A stretch of 63,824 nucleotides of DNA, filler included, from Octopus bimaculoides (Eukaryota): the NCBI RefSeq assembly GCF_001194135.2. It is 6 parts of 5 records of this genome, joined end to end, with 100 filler letters (N's around TTAATTAATTAA, not from the genome) between each part and the next. Parts side by side here need not be neighbours in the genome. Positions count along the whole stretch, not along the records: positions 1 to 14,683 come from NC_068993.1; 5 more parts are not named here. One strand, given 5' to 3'. Position numbers and translations under genes: made by a program. Below, in pieces: positions 1 to 13,599 of the stretch (position 1 is its first letter; each line of letters starts with the position of its first letter). The notes under the pieces were generated by a model that did no database searches, was not told the origin of the DNA, and worked only from the letters and a program-made list of their open reading frames with translations.

Positions 1-582
1 ATATATATATATATATATACACTGACACACACATTTATTTATGCATATATATGTGTACGTATAAATCCATAATTGCATTTATTCTTCAATGAGTGGGTGT
101 GTGTGTGTGTGTGTGTGCGTGCGTTTGCATGCATATATGTGGGTGTGTCTGGAAGCATATTTACACACAGTCCCATTGATAAACAGGGTTGCAGCACACA
201 TTGGATGCGAAATCTAAAAGGGAAACTACAGCCTCTCACGCACACATCATCACATATACAAACACACACACACACATACTCACTCACGCACTCACGCGAA
301 CATATACAAGCATACACATTCACTCATACCCGTAACTGAACATACACCTAGACACATCTTCATTCACATTTCAATTCATATATACATACATACATATAAA
401 TATATATATGTGTGTGTGTGTGTGCTTGTGTGTGTGAGTGTTTGTCTATGCATATCCATTTTTATATACGAATATATATGCATGTATATACATATGTATA
501 TGTATATACACATCTATAATATATACAGTTACATTCAATACAGGTGTGTCTATACATATAAACATATCTATATACACATATA

Positions 583-633
<51 letters not shown>

Positions 634-1439
634 NNNNNNNNNNNNNNNNNNNNNNNNNNNNNNNNNNNNNNNNNNNNNNNNNNNNNNNNNNNNNNNNNNN
701 NNNNNNNNNNNNNNNNNNNNNNNNNNNNNNNNNNNNNNNNNNNNNNNNNNNNNNNNNNNNNNNNNNNNNNNNNNNNNNNNNNNNNNNNNNNNNNNNNNNN
801 NNNNNNNNNNNNNNNNNNNNNNNNNNNNNNNNNNNNNNNNNNNNNNNNNNNNNNNNNNNNNNNNNNNNNNNNNNNNNNNNNNNNNNNNNNNNNNNNNNNN
901 NNNNNNNNNNNNNNNNNNNNNNNNNNNNNNNNNNNNNNNNNNNNNNNNNNNNNNNNNNNNNNNNNNNNNNNNNNNNNNNNNNNNNNNNNNNNNNNNNNNN
1001 NNNNNNNNNNNNNNNNNNNNNNNNNNNNNNNNNNNNNNNNNNNNNNNNNNNNNNNNNNNNNNNNNNNNNNNNNNNNNNNNNNNNNNNNNNNNNNNNNNNN
1101 NNNNNNNNNNNNNNNNNNNNNNNNNNNNNNNNNNNNNNNNNNNNNNNNNNNNNNNNNNNNNNNNNNNNNNNNNNNNNNNNNNNNNNNNNNNNNNNNNNNN
1201 NNNNNNNNNNNNNNNNNNNNNNNNNNNNNNNNNNNNNNNNNNNNNNNNNNNNNNNNCTGCGCCAACGTGTGAGTCAATCTTGTTGCAGCTTGGCAATGAT
1301 TCCGTATATATTTACCTGACCCAGAAAACGAGAGCTGCAATGTGAAGGCCTCCACGAGTCGAGATGTAACCTCGTGCGTTGTCACATGAACAGCTTCAAA
1401 GAGGAGCCAAGAGACCCTGAAATCGCGATCAAGCTTCAT

Positions 1440-2250
1440 CTGAAGTTATATTTCATAAAAAAAAATTTCTGGGCGCACTCCGAGTAAACAAAATATAGTG
1501 GATTATAAATGGAAACGTTTTTTTTAAAATTTATCTGCTGGATGTCGTCTGATCTGCTGTCGAACAACTAAAATTTTTGTCATGAAGAAATATTTGTCGT
1601 CTCGAATGCAAAGATATTCTGGGCAATCTTGAGTAAGTCTTAGGAGAAGGACGTGCGCTTTTTAGACAACAGTATGTTTTAAATATTCGTATCATCGGCG
1701 CACGGCATTCTGGTAGACCGGTGTTACGACCTGCTTTTTGGCGTTTCAGATTAGCCAAAGCCGCTGGATCTGTTTATTCTTTCAGCGAACAGAATTGCTT
1801 GCTGGTCGATGCTTATAGCTGCCTCCCAATCGATTTTTTTATGAATACGAATTATGTTAACGTTATGTGTGAATAATAGATTGGATGTTTAAGAGAAGAG
1901 TGTTCTTCAGCACAATTCTGCAGGACTAGAGCTCACCTACTGCTAAACATCAGAGACAATAGCATCTAATTACGGAACAATATCAAACCAATATGTAGAC
2001 ACGAATCGAAACTACCTGCGTAAAAAGAGAAAGAAAGAGTGTGGGGCAAACCACGACGCAATAGGCAGGGCATCACAATATCAGTTTCCATTTAAGCGAA
2101 TTGCCTGCGACATTAAACCTGGGTTTGTCATCTCCTATAAAGAACACTCTATTTCTACGCATCTTACTGAATGTCTCACCCAACAGCTAAGATCTGTGTA
2201 TTCTGAAGTACACAACACAGAATCAGAAATCGTTGTTGGTGTGTTTATCT
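1440..2250 (+). pseudogene. Possible highly degenerate retroviral/Gypsy-like integrase remnant
   Basis: One + frame with several stops reads ...VEQLKFLS*RNICRLECK...SEQNCLLVDAYSCLPIDFFM...LRNNIKPI. LLVDAYS and its spacing resemble the Gypsy integrase IVVDAYSKW region, but the zinc-binding C-x2-C is not recognisable. Confidence 0.25.
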
Positions 2251-2397
2251 TCCCGTAACATTGCACTTCGGCAGAAGCGACCGAAAAATAAGTAATAAGT
2301 ACAAAGTTTACAAAGAATAAGCCCAGGGTTCGATTTCAACAACTAAAAGGCGGTGCTCCAGCATGGCCCCATTGAGATGACTGAAGTAAGTAATATA

Positions 2398-2469
<72 letters not shown>

Positions 2470-2895
2470 GAGAGAGGAAAGGAAAAGCGAGAGAGAGAGA
2501 GAGAGAGAGGCAAAGAAGCAATGACAGATTCCGGTGTTTGCTACTGTAATAGCCTCGGTAATCGAAACGTGGCAAATGACGGAGGAGATCCCCATGTATT
2601 CGATTCCACAAGCGGACGAAGCCGATGGTACCACACTCAGCCACCGATCAGCATCATCCTGCACATAAGAGGTGGTAGTGACACGTTGGAAGCCTCAGGA
2701 ACGCAGATACCTTTCATATATATTTATTAGACACCGATATTGTGTACATTTTACTTACACTTCCCTTCACTAAAAAATACCACTCTCTATATCCATCCAT
2801 CCATCCATCCATCCATCCATCCATCCATCTATCCATCCATTTGTTTCTTTGTCTATCTATCTATCTATCCATCTATCTATCCATTTGTTTCTTTG

Positions 2896-2932
<37 letters not shown>

Positions 2933-3130
2933 GGCGCATGTATGCATATATGTATATCCGCTTAGCTTTAATATTCACAGCAACGTGCATATACATACAG
3001 TCATTTATATGCATGTATGTGTATGTCTGTCTGTATGTATGTATATATGTATGTATGTATGTACGTACGTCTTTCTGAAGCTTGGTACGTATCTATGAAA
3101 AGAATGAATGAATACAAATATATATATGCA

Positions 3131-3184
<54 letters not shown>

Positions 3185-3202
3185 TACACACACATACACA
3201 CA

Positions 3203-3237
<35 letters not shown>

Positions 3238-4581
3238 GTATTTCGCATCTGTAATACCATGTGTAAGACTAAGCGTACGAACCACGTGTGCACGTTATGT
3301 GAAAAGTATAAAGAGACTTTAGTGGTGGTGAGGGAGGGAGATATATATTGTCAGTGGTTCCAATTTCGTCTGATATCTGTTTTGTCGTGAAAACTCTGGG
3401 GAAATAAGACTAAGAGGCATTTGAAAGAAGAAAGAATGATGCATGTTTATTCATCCAAAATTTGCTTCTTTCAATCCATCTTTCAATCTCAGACATTCTT
3501 GTTTCATTGCTTCGTTGTTCTCTTCATTGGTATCTACCTATCGTTCCTCATCTCTCTCCTTCTGGGTCATCTGTATGCATATGTAACTTTATACATACAT
3601 ACATACNNNNNNNNNNNNNNNNNNNNNNNNNNNNNNNNNNNNNNNNNNNNNNNNNNNNNNNNNNNNNNNNNNNNNNNNNNNNNNNNNNNNNNNNNNNNNN
3701 NNNNNNNNNNNNNNNNNNNNNNNNNNNNNNNNNNNNNNNNNNNNNNNNNNNNNNNNNNNNNNNNNNNNNNNNNNNNNNNNNNNNNNNNNNNNNNNNNNNN
3801 NNNNNNNNNNNNNNNNNNNNNNNNNNNNNNNNNNNNNNNNNNNNNNNNNNNNNNNNNNNNNNNNNNNNNNNNNNNNNNNNNNNNNNNNNNNNNNNNNNNN
3901 NNNNNNNNNNNNNNNNNNNNNNNNNNNNNNNNNNNNNNNNNNNNNNNNNNNNNNNNNNNNNNNNNNNNNNNNNNNNNNNNNNNNNNNNNNNNNNNNNNNN
4001 NNNNNNNNNNNNNNNNNNNNNNNNNNNNNNNNNNNNNNNNNNNNNNNNNNNNNNNNNNNNNNNNNNNNNNNNNNNNNNNNNNNNNNNNNNNNNNNNNNNN
4101 NNNNNNNNNNNNNNNNNNNNNNNNNNNNNNNNNNNNNNNNNNNNNNNNNNNNNNNNNNNNNNNNNNNNNNNNNNNNNNNNNNNNNNNNNNNNNNNNNNNN
4201 NNNNNNNNNNNNNNNNNNNNNNNNNNNNNNNNNNNNNNNNNNNNNNNNNNNNNNNNNNNNNNNNNNNNNNNNNNNNNNNNNNNNNNNNNNNNNNNNNNNN
4301 NNNNNNNNNNNNNNNNNNNNNNNNNNNNNNNNNNNNNNNNNNNNNNNNNNNNNNNNNNNNNNNNNNNNNNNNNNNNNNNNNNNNNNNNNNNNNNNNNNNN
4401 NNNNNNNNNNNNNNNNNNNNNNNNNNNNNNNNNNNNNNNNNNNNNNNNNNNNNNNNNNNNNNNNNNNNNNNNNNNNNNNNNNNNNNNNNNNNNNNNNNNN
4501 NNNNNNNNNNNNNNNNNNNNNNNNNNNNNNNNNNNNNNNNNNNNNNNNNNNNNNNNNNNNNNNNNNNNNNNNNNNNNNNNN

Positions 4582-4672
<91 letters not shown>

Positions 4673-7600
4673 TGTGTGTTTGAGTCTTTGTGTCTGTGTT
4701 TGTCCCCTCAAAGTCGCTTGTCAACCGTTGTTGGTGTATTTATATCCTTGTAACTTAGCCGTTCGGTAAAGCAAACCGATAGGTTAGGTACAAGACTGCC
4801 AATGAATAGGTCTTGGAGTCGATTTCATATATATATATACATATATGTGTATGTGTATGGGTGTGTGCGTGTGTTTGCGTGTGGTTGTACACATATTCGT
4901 TCGTAAATTCAGCAGGCTTTTTCTAGCAGAAATGGTTCATATATTAAAAAAAATAGAGATACCACTTGACTATAAGGCGGAATTATTGTCCAGCTTCAAT
5001 GAGGGGTAAAGATCCCCCACCCGCCACGGTAGCTTCCAAATGCTTGAAAATTAAACTTTTTCATGTATCCCATTTAACTTCATGGATGTGATTGTCCCCT
5101 CTTACGCCATTGCTGGCCAGATCACGCTGACCGAATGACCAGCTTTGATTATAGAGAATCTGACCTACACTTACATTGTGAACATGTCTTTATTCTCTAT
5201 ATAGTTTGTAACCGATCACGTGTATATTTAACCTGCCTGAAACGCCAGCTTCCAATGGAATGAACCACCAACTGTTTTATATTGAAGAAAACTCTCATCT
5301 CAACATGTACTTTATTTTCATTTGCAAATACAAATATGTGTAAGTATGCATGTCTGTACCNNNNNNNNNNNNNNNNNNNNNNNNNNNNNNNNNNNNNNNN
5401 NNNNNNNNNNNNNNNNNNNNNNNNNNNNNNNNNNNNNNNNNNNNNNNNNNNNNNNNNNNNNNNNNNNNNNNNNNNNNNNNNNNNNNNNNNNNNNNNNNNN
5501 NNNNNNNNNNNNNNNNNNNNNNNNNNNNNNNNNNNNNNNNNNNNNNNNNNNNNNNNNNNNNNNNNNNNNNNNNNNNNNNNNNNNNNNNNNNNNNNNNNNN
5601 NNNNNNNNNNNNNNNNNNNNNNNNNNNNNNNNNNNNNNNNNNNNNNNNNNNNNNNNNNNNNNNNNNNNNNNNNNNNNNNNNNNNNNNNNNNNNNNNNNNN
5701 NNNNNNNNNNNNNNNNNNNNNNNNNNNNNNNNNNNNNNNNNNNNNNNNNNNNNNNNNNNNNNNNNNNNNNNNNNNNNNNNNNNNNTATATATATATATAT
5801 ATAGATGTGTATGTATGTATGTATGTATTTATATGTTTGTGCTTCTGCGTTTATGAGTGTCGTGTGCGCTAAACTCTCTTTCGTGAATTACTGACGTTTG
5901 TACAATATAAAGTCAAGATGTTATACAATAGATTTCTAGAGAATTTATAAATATGGTAAGAGATGGAAAAAAAAAGCATTAAGAAAGAGAGATCAAGAAC
6001 AAAATGGCGATAAGAGAAATTAAATCAAAATGGAGAGAAATGGAAAAGAGAAGTTAAGGGGAGGAAGTATTAACGCAGAATACAGGGGGAGATAATGTAG
6101 GGGGAGAATTATTGAGAGGATAACTGAAAAAAATGTGATAGATTTGATCAAATATTTGATAGACATAGAGACAAAGGGAGAGAGCGAAAGATGTTGAGTA
6201 GTAAGGAAAGAGAAAGTGGAGGAGTAAAGGGAACGCTCAAGAGAGGGACAGAAGAAGGAGAAGGAGGAGGGAGAGGAGGAGGAGGAGGAGAAGAGGAGGA
6301 GACTGAGTGACAGAGAGGGAGGAGACGCTTGTAAAATATTGATAGGAAGGCAAGATGTTAAAACGATGTGACGAAGAGAGGTTAGGCTATAAATAGTGAA
6401 GGAGAGAAATAAAAAGAACTTGATGGGAAACGAGAATATGAGATGGAGAGGGCAAGCTGGGGAGAGAGAGAGAGAGAGTGTGTGAGAGAGAGAGAGAGTG
6501 AGGAATTGTACAAGAGATAGAGAGAGAGAGAGAGAGAGAGAGTGANNNNNNNNNNNNNNNNNNNNNNNNNNNNNNNNNNNNNNNNNNNNNNNNNNNNNNN
6601 NNNNNNNNNNNNNNNNNNNNNNNNNNNNNNNNNNNNNNNNNNNNNNNNNNNNNNNNNNNNNNNNNNNNNNNNNNNNNNNNNNNNNNNNNNNNNNNNNNNN
6701 NNNNNNNNNNNNNNNNNNNNNNNNNNNNNNNNNNNNNNNNNNNNNNNNNNNNNNNNNNNNNNNNNNNNNNNNNNNNNNNNNNNNNNNNNNNNNNNNNNNN
6801 NNNNNNNNNNNNNNNNNNNNNNNNNNNNNNNNNNNNNNNNNNNNNNNNNNNNNNNNNNNNNNNNNNNNNNNNNNNNNNNNNNNNNNNNNNNNNNNNNNNN
6901 NNNNNNNNNNNNNNNNNNNNNNNNNNNNNNNNNNNNNNNNNNNNNNNNNNNNNNNNNNNNNNNNNNNNNNNNNNNNNNNNNNNNNNNNNNNNNNNNNNNN
7001 NNNNNNNNNNNNNNNNNNNNNNNTGTCTTTTTCCTTCTCTTTCTTGTTGTGTAAGTATATATATATATATACTTACACAACAAGAAAGAGAAGGAAAAAG
7101 ACAGGCATGTAGTTATATTGGGAGAAATGCATTGAAAACTCAAGTGAGGAAGTGACATCGCGATACACACTCTTATGTACATGTACAAAAACATTCAACT
7201 AATAATAGAATAAGAGAGAGACAGAGAGACAGAGAGAGTGAGAGAAAGAGACAGAGTGAGAGAGAAGGAAAGAGTTGTTAGTGAGAGTAAGGGAGTAGAA
7301 AAAGCATGGAGAGTTGAAGTATTATACATTTGTCATAAAATCAAAATATTTCCGACATATTCATAGAATTTATAAAATGTTTAGAAATCTAAAGTGTTGA
7401 CGTCTTATTGATAGAACCGATGGTTGGTAATACCAGGAATCGTCTTACAGAACCGCATTAAATATAGTAGGGTGTTTTAGATTCATCCTTCGTCGGTATC
7501 GGAACCAATAGTTGTGCTAAACTGCCGGTTCTATGGTTTTGTTTCTGTTTCTCTCTTTTGGTCAAATCTATTTAAAAGTCTTAGCTGAATCTTATTAACT

Positions 7601-7840
7601 GAATGTCTAAATGACATACACGGTAGCTAGATAAAGGAAGAGACTTAAGTGAGAGAAGTGGTTTGTCTCCTATCATCTTTTGGCTCTCTAGATACAGGCC
7701 AGACATTTAACCATGTAGAAAAATAATGGTGGTGTGGGAGGGGGAATATGTAGCTCAATGCAAGAGCAGGGGGTAGTATAAAAGGCATGGCCTGCCCTCT
7801 CATCGTGGTAAGTGATTCTTTGATTAGTATAAACAAGTGC

Positions 7841-8201
7841 TGCTTAACTGGTACTTAATCTATCGACCCCGAAAAGATGAAAGGCAAAGTCGACCTCGGC
7901 GGAATTTGAACGCAGAACGTAGCGGCACACGAAATACGGCTATGCATTCTGTCCAGCGTGCTAACGTTTCTTATTTCTTTATTGCCCTCAAGGGGCTAAA
8001 CATAGAGGAGACAAACAAGGACAAACAAAGGGATTAAGTCGATTATATCGACCCCAGTGCGTAACTGATATTTAATTTATCGACCTCGAAAGGATGAAAG
8101 GCAAAGTCGACCTCGGCGGAATTTGAACTCAGAACGTAAAGACAGATGAAATACCGCTAAGCATTTCGCCCGGTGTGCTAACGTTTCTGCCAGCTCGCTG
8201 C
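7841..8201 (-). mobile_element. Two tandem copies of tRNA-headed SINE family M; one carries tail type B
   Basis: Recurrent body cgactttgcctttcatcctttcggggtcgataaattaagtaccag (minus), B-box-like gagttcaaattc. The 8201-end copy ends in ...gggcaataaagaaataagaaa fused to the head of the next copy. Confidence 0.85.
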
Positions 8202-9199
8202 AGTCTAAAGTGTTTCCATTATTTTAATGCTTCTCCAAAAAGAGAATTTTCCGAGGCAACATCAAATCTTTTAACACAACAGTTGTATACGTTTCTAACA
8301 ATATAGTAAGTACCGCGAGATAGTCATGAATGCCATATATTGCCTGTTCACTCATGCGGCAACATATTGTAGTTCTTCAAATTATGACATGTATGGCGTT
8401 GAGTTAACAAATACGAAAGATAAGTGTTGCAATAATTTGTTGAAGTTTATTTTATGTCAAAATTACTTTCTGAACGCAATTGTCAGTGTCGAAATCGGGA
8501 CTTCCATGAATGTAGAAAGGAAAACCGTTCTAGACATTAATTGTACTCTTAGGCTTTTAAAGTCTCAACTTTTCACAACTGAAATGCTTTCATCTGTTGC
8601 ACTATTACTCCGTTGGAAACCTTGTAATATCGCTTCCATATCCTATATAAACAGAAAAGAAAAAAAAAATAACATCCCTACATAAATTCAAAAAACCCCT
8701 TTGTGCGTAATTATAACAAACCTAATACTTGCCCTCTCAACATTATGTGTCTTTCAAATATTTATTATGTTATGGACTGAGAGAAAAAATGTTATATCGA
8801 AATTTCTAAGAATTCTTTGAAAAGAATAAAATATCACAACACGCATTTAAAACACTGAGAACGAATTCGCACCACTTCCTATCTAAATACCGCTGGAGTT
8901 TGGAGGATGATTTATACTAGTTATATAGATCTATTGGTCCGTTACCCAATTTGTGGCCCTACTTCATCAATGGCTGCAAATTTATGTGATCATTGTCTCT
9001 CAAAAATGTATAACGTCATATTATATCATTTTGCATCATTTAAAAATAAGAATTAGAATCGGTAAATAATTTCAGATAATTCCATCGAGATTTATTCAAA
9101 AATTTGAGACTATAGGTTGACTAAGTTTATTTCCAATACATTGAATTTCATATATCCTGAGAGATGATCATATATTGATAAAAGTGCATTCCGTAATAT

Positions 9200-9405
9200 A
9201 TCAAGTTTTGGTACGAGGTTTGGAATTTCGAGAGAGTGGTTAAATCGATTACATCGACCCCAGTGCTCAGCTGCTACTAATTTTATCGACCATGAAAGAT
9301 GACAAGCAAAGTTGACCTCGGTAGAATTTAAACTCACAAAGTAAATTGGACGAAATGCTATGAAGCATTTTGCCCGGTGTGCTAACTATTCTGCTGTCTT
9401 GCCGC
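9200..9405 (-). mobile_element. Degenerate SINE family M copy
   Basis: Matches the M body (atcgaccccagtgctcagctgctactaattttatcgacc...gcattttgcccggtgtgctaac) with many substitutions. Confidence 0.7.
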
Positions 9406-11502
9406 TTTAATACATTCAGTAAAATATCAACAGTAAAACATTTTTAACAATAGCGGCCTCTCTTCAATTAATGTGTTTTACAAACACGATAGTTAATGCC
9501 TGAAAAATATCCTGCATTTTGGCAAGTGAAGAGGGGAATATTACACGTGTACTTCGCGAGACAATTGAATAGATGACTGTGGGATATTTGTTCTAACAGT
9601 ATTTTTCTTTCTTTCTTTTTTTTTTGTTTTTACAACCAATAAAAATTTCGATGACAAATCGTATTTCGGTTACGTTTACGATTTTCTTTCTTTATAGATT
9701 ATCCCACTATTTCCCTAATTCTTTTGTCTGAACAATTGACAACCTGCAAAATGGAGGAACGCTTCAATGAATTTTTTTTGTTTCGATAGTATTAACGAAA
9801 TTGTATTAAGAGGGCCAAGCGATTTAATTTCTGCGTTTGTATATCTAAGAGTGCACCATCCATACGTGTGTGTGAATAATTTATGTGTGTATATGTGTGT
9901 GTGAGTAATTTGTATGTGCGAGTCTATGTATGAATGAGTTGTGCATTGTGGTTGTGTGTCTATGCTTACATATGTTTCAGGCAAGTCAGGACACGAAGTT
10001 TATGGAATCTCAAACACACGCCAGACATTTTAATTCACTGGTTGTGTTATCACGCTCATCTGCAACCAAGAAAGACAAAAACGTCAGCAGCCTTCTTTTT
10101 TTTTTTTTTTCTTGGTGGCGGCTAAAAACGGAAACGATAGAATATCTGACAGAAGTTATCATTCTTCGTTTGCTATGGCGGTTGCATCGATCTCAAACAT
10201 ATGAATACTCGGTTCTGATTCCTGTTTTTCTGATCACGACCGCCGTTGACAGTGAGCTAAAATATTTCCGAAGGAAAGATGGCCGACGCGCAAAAAGACA
10301 TAATATTCGATATGCAGCCCGCACCACTCCTATGAGCCATATAAATACACACAAATACATATGTACAAACACGTACATGATTGTATGCTCTATCTCTCTC
10401 CCTTGTTGAGGATTATAAGGTCGAAACTGTCTGAAATGGTACATTCATATATATTGGTGACATTGAGTTCATACATTCACCTTTCTCTTTGTCTCTCTCT
10501 CTCTGTACTTATTGTCTCTTTCTTCCTCTCACTACGTTTCTCTTTATGTATGTCTTCCTCTCCTCTCTTTAGCTCTCTTACACTTGATTAACTTTCTCTA
10601 AGATGTGTAATAATGTTATGATAGATATTGTTAACATCGAAGTGAGTCTTGGAATTCAGATGTATGTCTCTATGTTCTCCCCCTCTCCGTTTCTCTCTAT
10701 ATACCCCCTCTCTATCTGCATCTGTTTGTATCACTTACTCTTTCTCTCTCTCTCTCTCTCTCCCTCCCTCTCTCNNNNNNNNNNTCTCTCTCCCTCTCCC
10801 TCCCTCCCTCTCTCTCTCTCTCTCTCTCTCTGTCTCATTCTGTTTTTTTTCTGATTTCTGTCTCTTTCTCAACGTTCTTCTGTTACTATTTCTACTAGTA
10901 TCTTTTCCACGTTTCCTCTCTTCAAGAAACAACACTAACTCACAGTACATATTTCACAAACAACACACTGTCCTATCAGGACTACAGAAATGAGATAAAA
11001 TTATTGAAATCTTGCTATATAGTTAGTCGAAAGAGAAAAACAAAATTTTTATAAATGCCAGAAAGCAGACTTGATGTCTATTCTGGTATTGAGGATGGTA
11101 AAGTTATATAATAAAACTAACTTGAAGGTCATAAACTTGAATATTTAGCCGAAAGAATGGCGAACTTTCGATTCAGCTTCTGAAATAGTAACCAATTGCA
11201 ATTTGTAGTGCAAATGGTATATACGCGATATATAATACTAATAGAAAGGGGAATAGAAGGGTAGAATTAAACATGGATGCGACATACATTCGTGGTATAT
11301 AGTTATGACCCATTATGTTCTAAGTTTGTATTCCCATTCAGATCAAAATAGCTTTCTGGGGACGTCAAAATAAAGTGAAAGAAAAATACTGCTATTAAAA
11401 TTGTTCAAACGAGATACTTGCGAACCTATACTAGGCATTACAATTGTATAACTTGTTTAAGCTGCTGTTGTTCTTATTCTTCTTCTCATTATTATTATTA
11501 TT

Positions 11503-11848
11503 GAGTGAGAGAGCAGTGCATGTCATCAAAGTGACACTGGGGTAAAATATACGAAGCCTAGTATACCCATCATGACTACCCGTCTGATAAGGGTACACCA
11601 GGCACATGCACCACTACCATATGTGCGCGACAAGGTGACTTCATATCAAAATAAACAGCACATGATCCTCGCAGGTGGGACCCAGTTAGAATTTTCTTCT
11701 GGTCAAGTAGCCCATCCCGCTGAAAAGTTCCCTGAATAAGGTTTGTTTAAGGATCTTGAGCAAAACATCCACGTTTCCAAACGTGAATTATTCAAACCCC
11801 AAAGAATTCCTCTCAACACATGGCTATGGTGCTCTCTCACTACATCTG

Positions 11849-11851
<3 letters not shown>
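11503..11851. mobile_element. ~350-bp unclassified element embedded in an (ATT)n microsatellite, with 12-bp subterminal inverted repeats
   Basis: Complex sequence flanked by (ATT)n on both sides. agtgagagagca (11504-11515) is the exact reverse complement of tgctctctcact (11830-11841). Confidence 0.6.
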
Positions 11852-11938
<87 letters not shown>

Positions 11939-12134
11939 GTAGTAGTAGTTGTTCTTGTTATTGTTGATGTTATTGTTTTTGTTGTAGTTTTTCTTGTTGC
12001 TGTATTAGAAGGGGAATTAGAATCCTGGCTGTTACAGCAACATTGTAGGAAATAGCAGAAACAACAACAATGACAATATCACCATTTTACTTAGGATATG
12101 CTATACGTAGCAATAATAGTAGCAACGTTAGTAT

Positions 12135-12192
<58 letters not shown>

Positions 12193-12193
12193 G

Positions 12194-12230
<37 letters not shown>

Positions 12231-12340
12231 ATAATGCAACAATAATGTCAACTGCAGAAACAGCATCAATTTTAGTAATATATACAACAGCAGCAACAGC
12301 AGCAGCAACAGCAACAGCAGCATCAGTCACAGTTGCAATG
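11852..12340. repeat. Compound trinucleotide microsatellites (ATT)n, (GTT)n, (ACT)n, (CAG/CAA)n
   Basis: Directly visible. Representative of dozens of (TA)n, (CA)n, (GA)n, (TAC)n, (GAT)n, (TAGA)n and (CATA)n tracts across the window. Confidence 0.97.
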
Positions 12341-13599
12341 GCAGCGGTATGAAGCAACTTCATTACCCACAACAAACATTTTATCGTTGTGTAAACAAGT
12401 AAACAGCTACAATGAAGCAATGAAATGAAATCTGCGCAGCTACATCAGCAGCAGCGGTGGCGGTGGCGGCGTTCTAAAGGAGACCAATAATATAGAAGAG
12501 TTGAATTATCAAGAGAGTTATCTCTATTCTCCATCTTTGCGACAGAACAAGATACAGATGACAGGTGGAAGCTAGAACAGTGAACAACAGGCGACTATAT
12601 AGATATGCATACANNNNNNNNNNNNNNNNNNNNNNNNNNNNNNNNNNNNNNNNNNNNNNNNNNNNNNNNNNNNNNNNNNNNNNNNNNNNNNNNNNNNNNN
12701 NNNNNNNNNNNNNNNNNNNNNNNNNNNNNNNNNNNNNNNNNNNNNNNNNNNNNNNNNNNNNNNNNNNNNNNNNNNNNNNNNNNNNNNNNNNNNNNNNNNN
12801 NNNNNNNNNNNNNNNNNNNNNNNNNNNNNNNNNNNNNNNNNNNNNNNNNNNNNNNNNNNNNNNNNNNNNNNNNNNNNNNNNNNNNNNNNNNNNNNNTAGA
12901 GATAGTTTGATGTTTTAACTATTTGAAGAGTAGAAATATGAAAGCGGAAAGCAACAGTGAAACATTGATGATGGAAGGCTAACGGACGAGTTTCGCGATG
13001 TATTTATGGAGAAGGGAAACCTCAATTAGTGTAGTGGTTTGTGGTGGTCGTTTTGTGGAATGGAATATATAACAAAGAAAGGAAAACTAAAAGTATCATG
13101 AATGAAAGGGAGAAGGTAGGAAAATACCAATGAGCAATGGCTTTTATTTACATTTGCTCATATTTTCGTCTAGAATATATATTGTCTCAGCCGCTAAACC
13201 GGATAAGAATAAACCACATAAGAATAAACCACAGAATAATATATTTGATTATGTGTACAATTTGTAGGGTAAAATTAATTTGTATTTTATATTTATGAAT
13301 TCGAATTATAGCGAAGAGATATAATAAGCTAAACATAGTATATCTTTTTTGTCTTCCATAATTAAATACGTCTAAAATATATAGTTGGAAAGTAGTATAG
13401 TTAGTTAAATATGTAGAAATTTTAAGTAATGTATGAATTTTAAATTGACTACGACAAAGAACATTAAAATAGATGTGTTTGGAGGTTTCATAAAGTTAAA
13501 TAAGCAGAGTTAAATTTATTTAGAAAATTATTACAAAATATATTGTAAGAAAAGCTTCGTGTTTATATAACTTACGTATGTATATCAGCCAAATATCAA

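Noticed and set aside
2521-2720. GC-richer open stretch as an upstream Gfi1/sens exon
   Set aside because: No frame gives a SNAG motif or C2H2 pattern.
8326-8685. 119-aa ORF
   Set aside because: No recognisable domain, AT-rich, no splice signals linking it to Gfi1/sens.
11655-11730. HDV-like or twister ribozyme in the ATT-embedded element (tcctcgcaggtgggaccc)
   Set aside because: No upstream P1 partner or complete nested pseudoknot could be built by eye.
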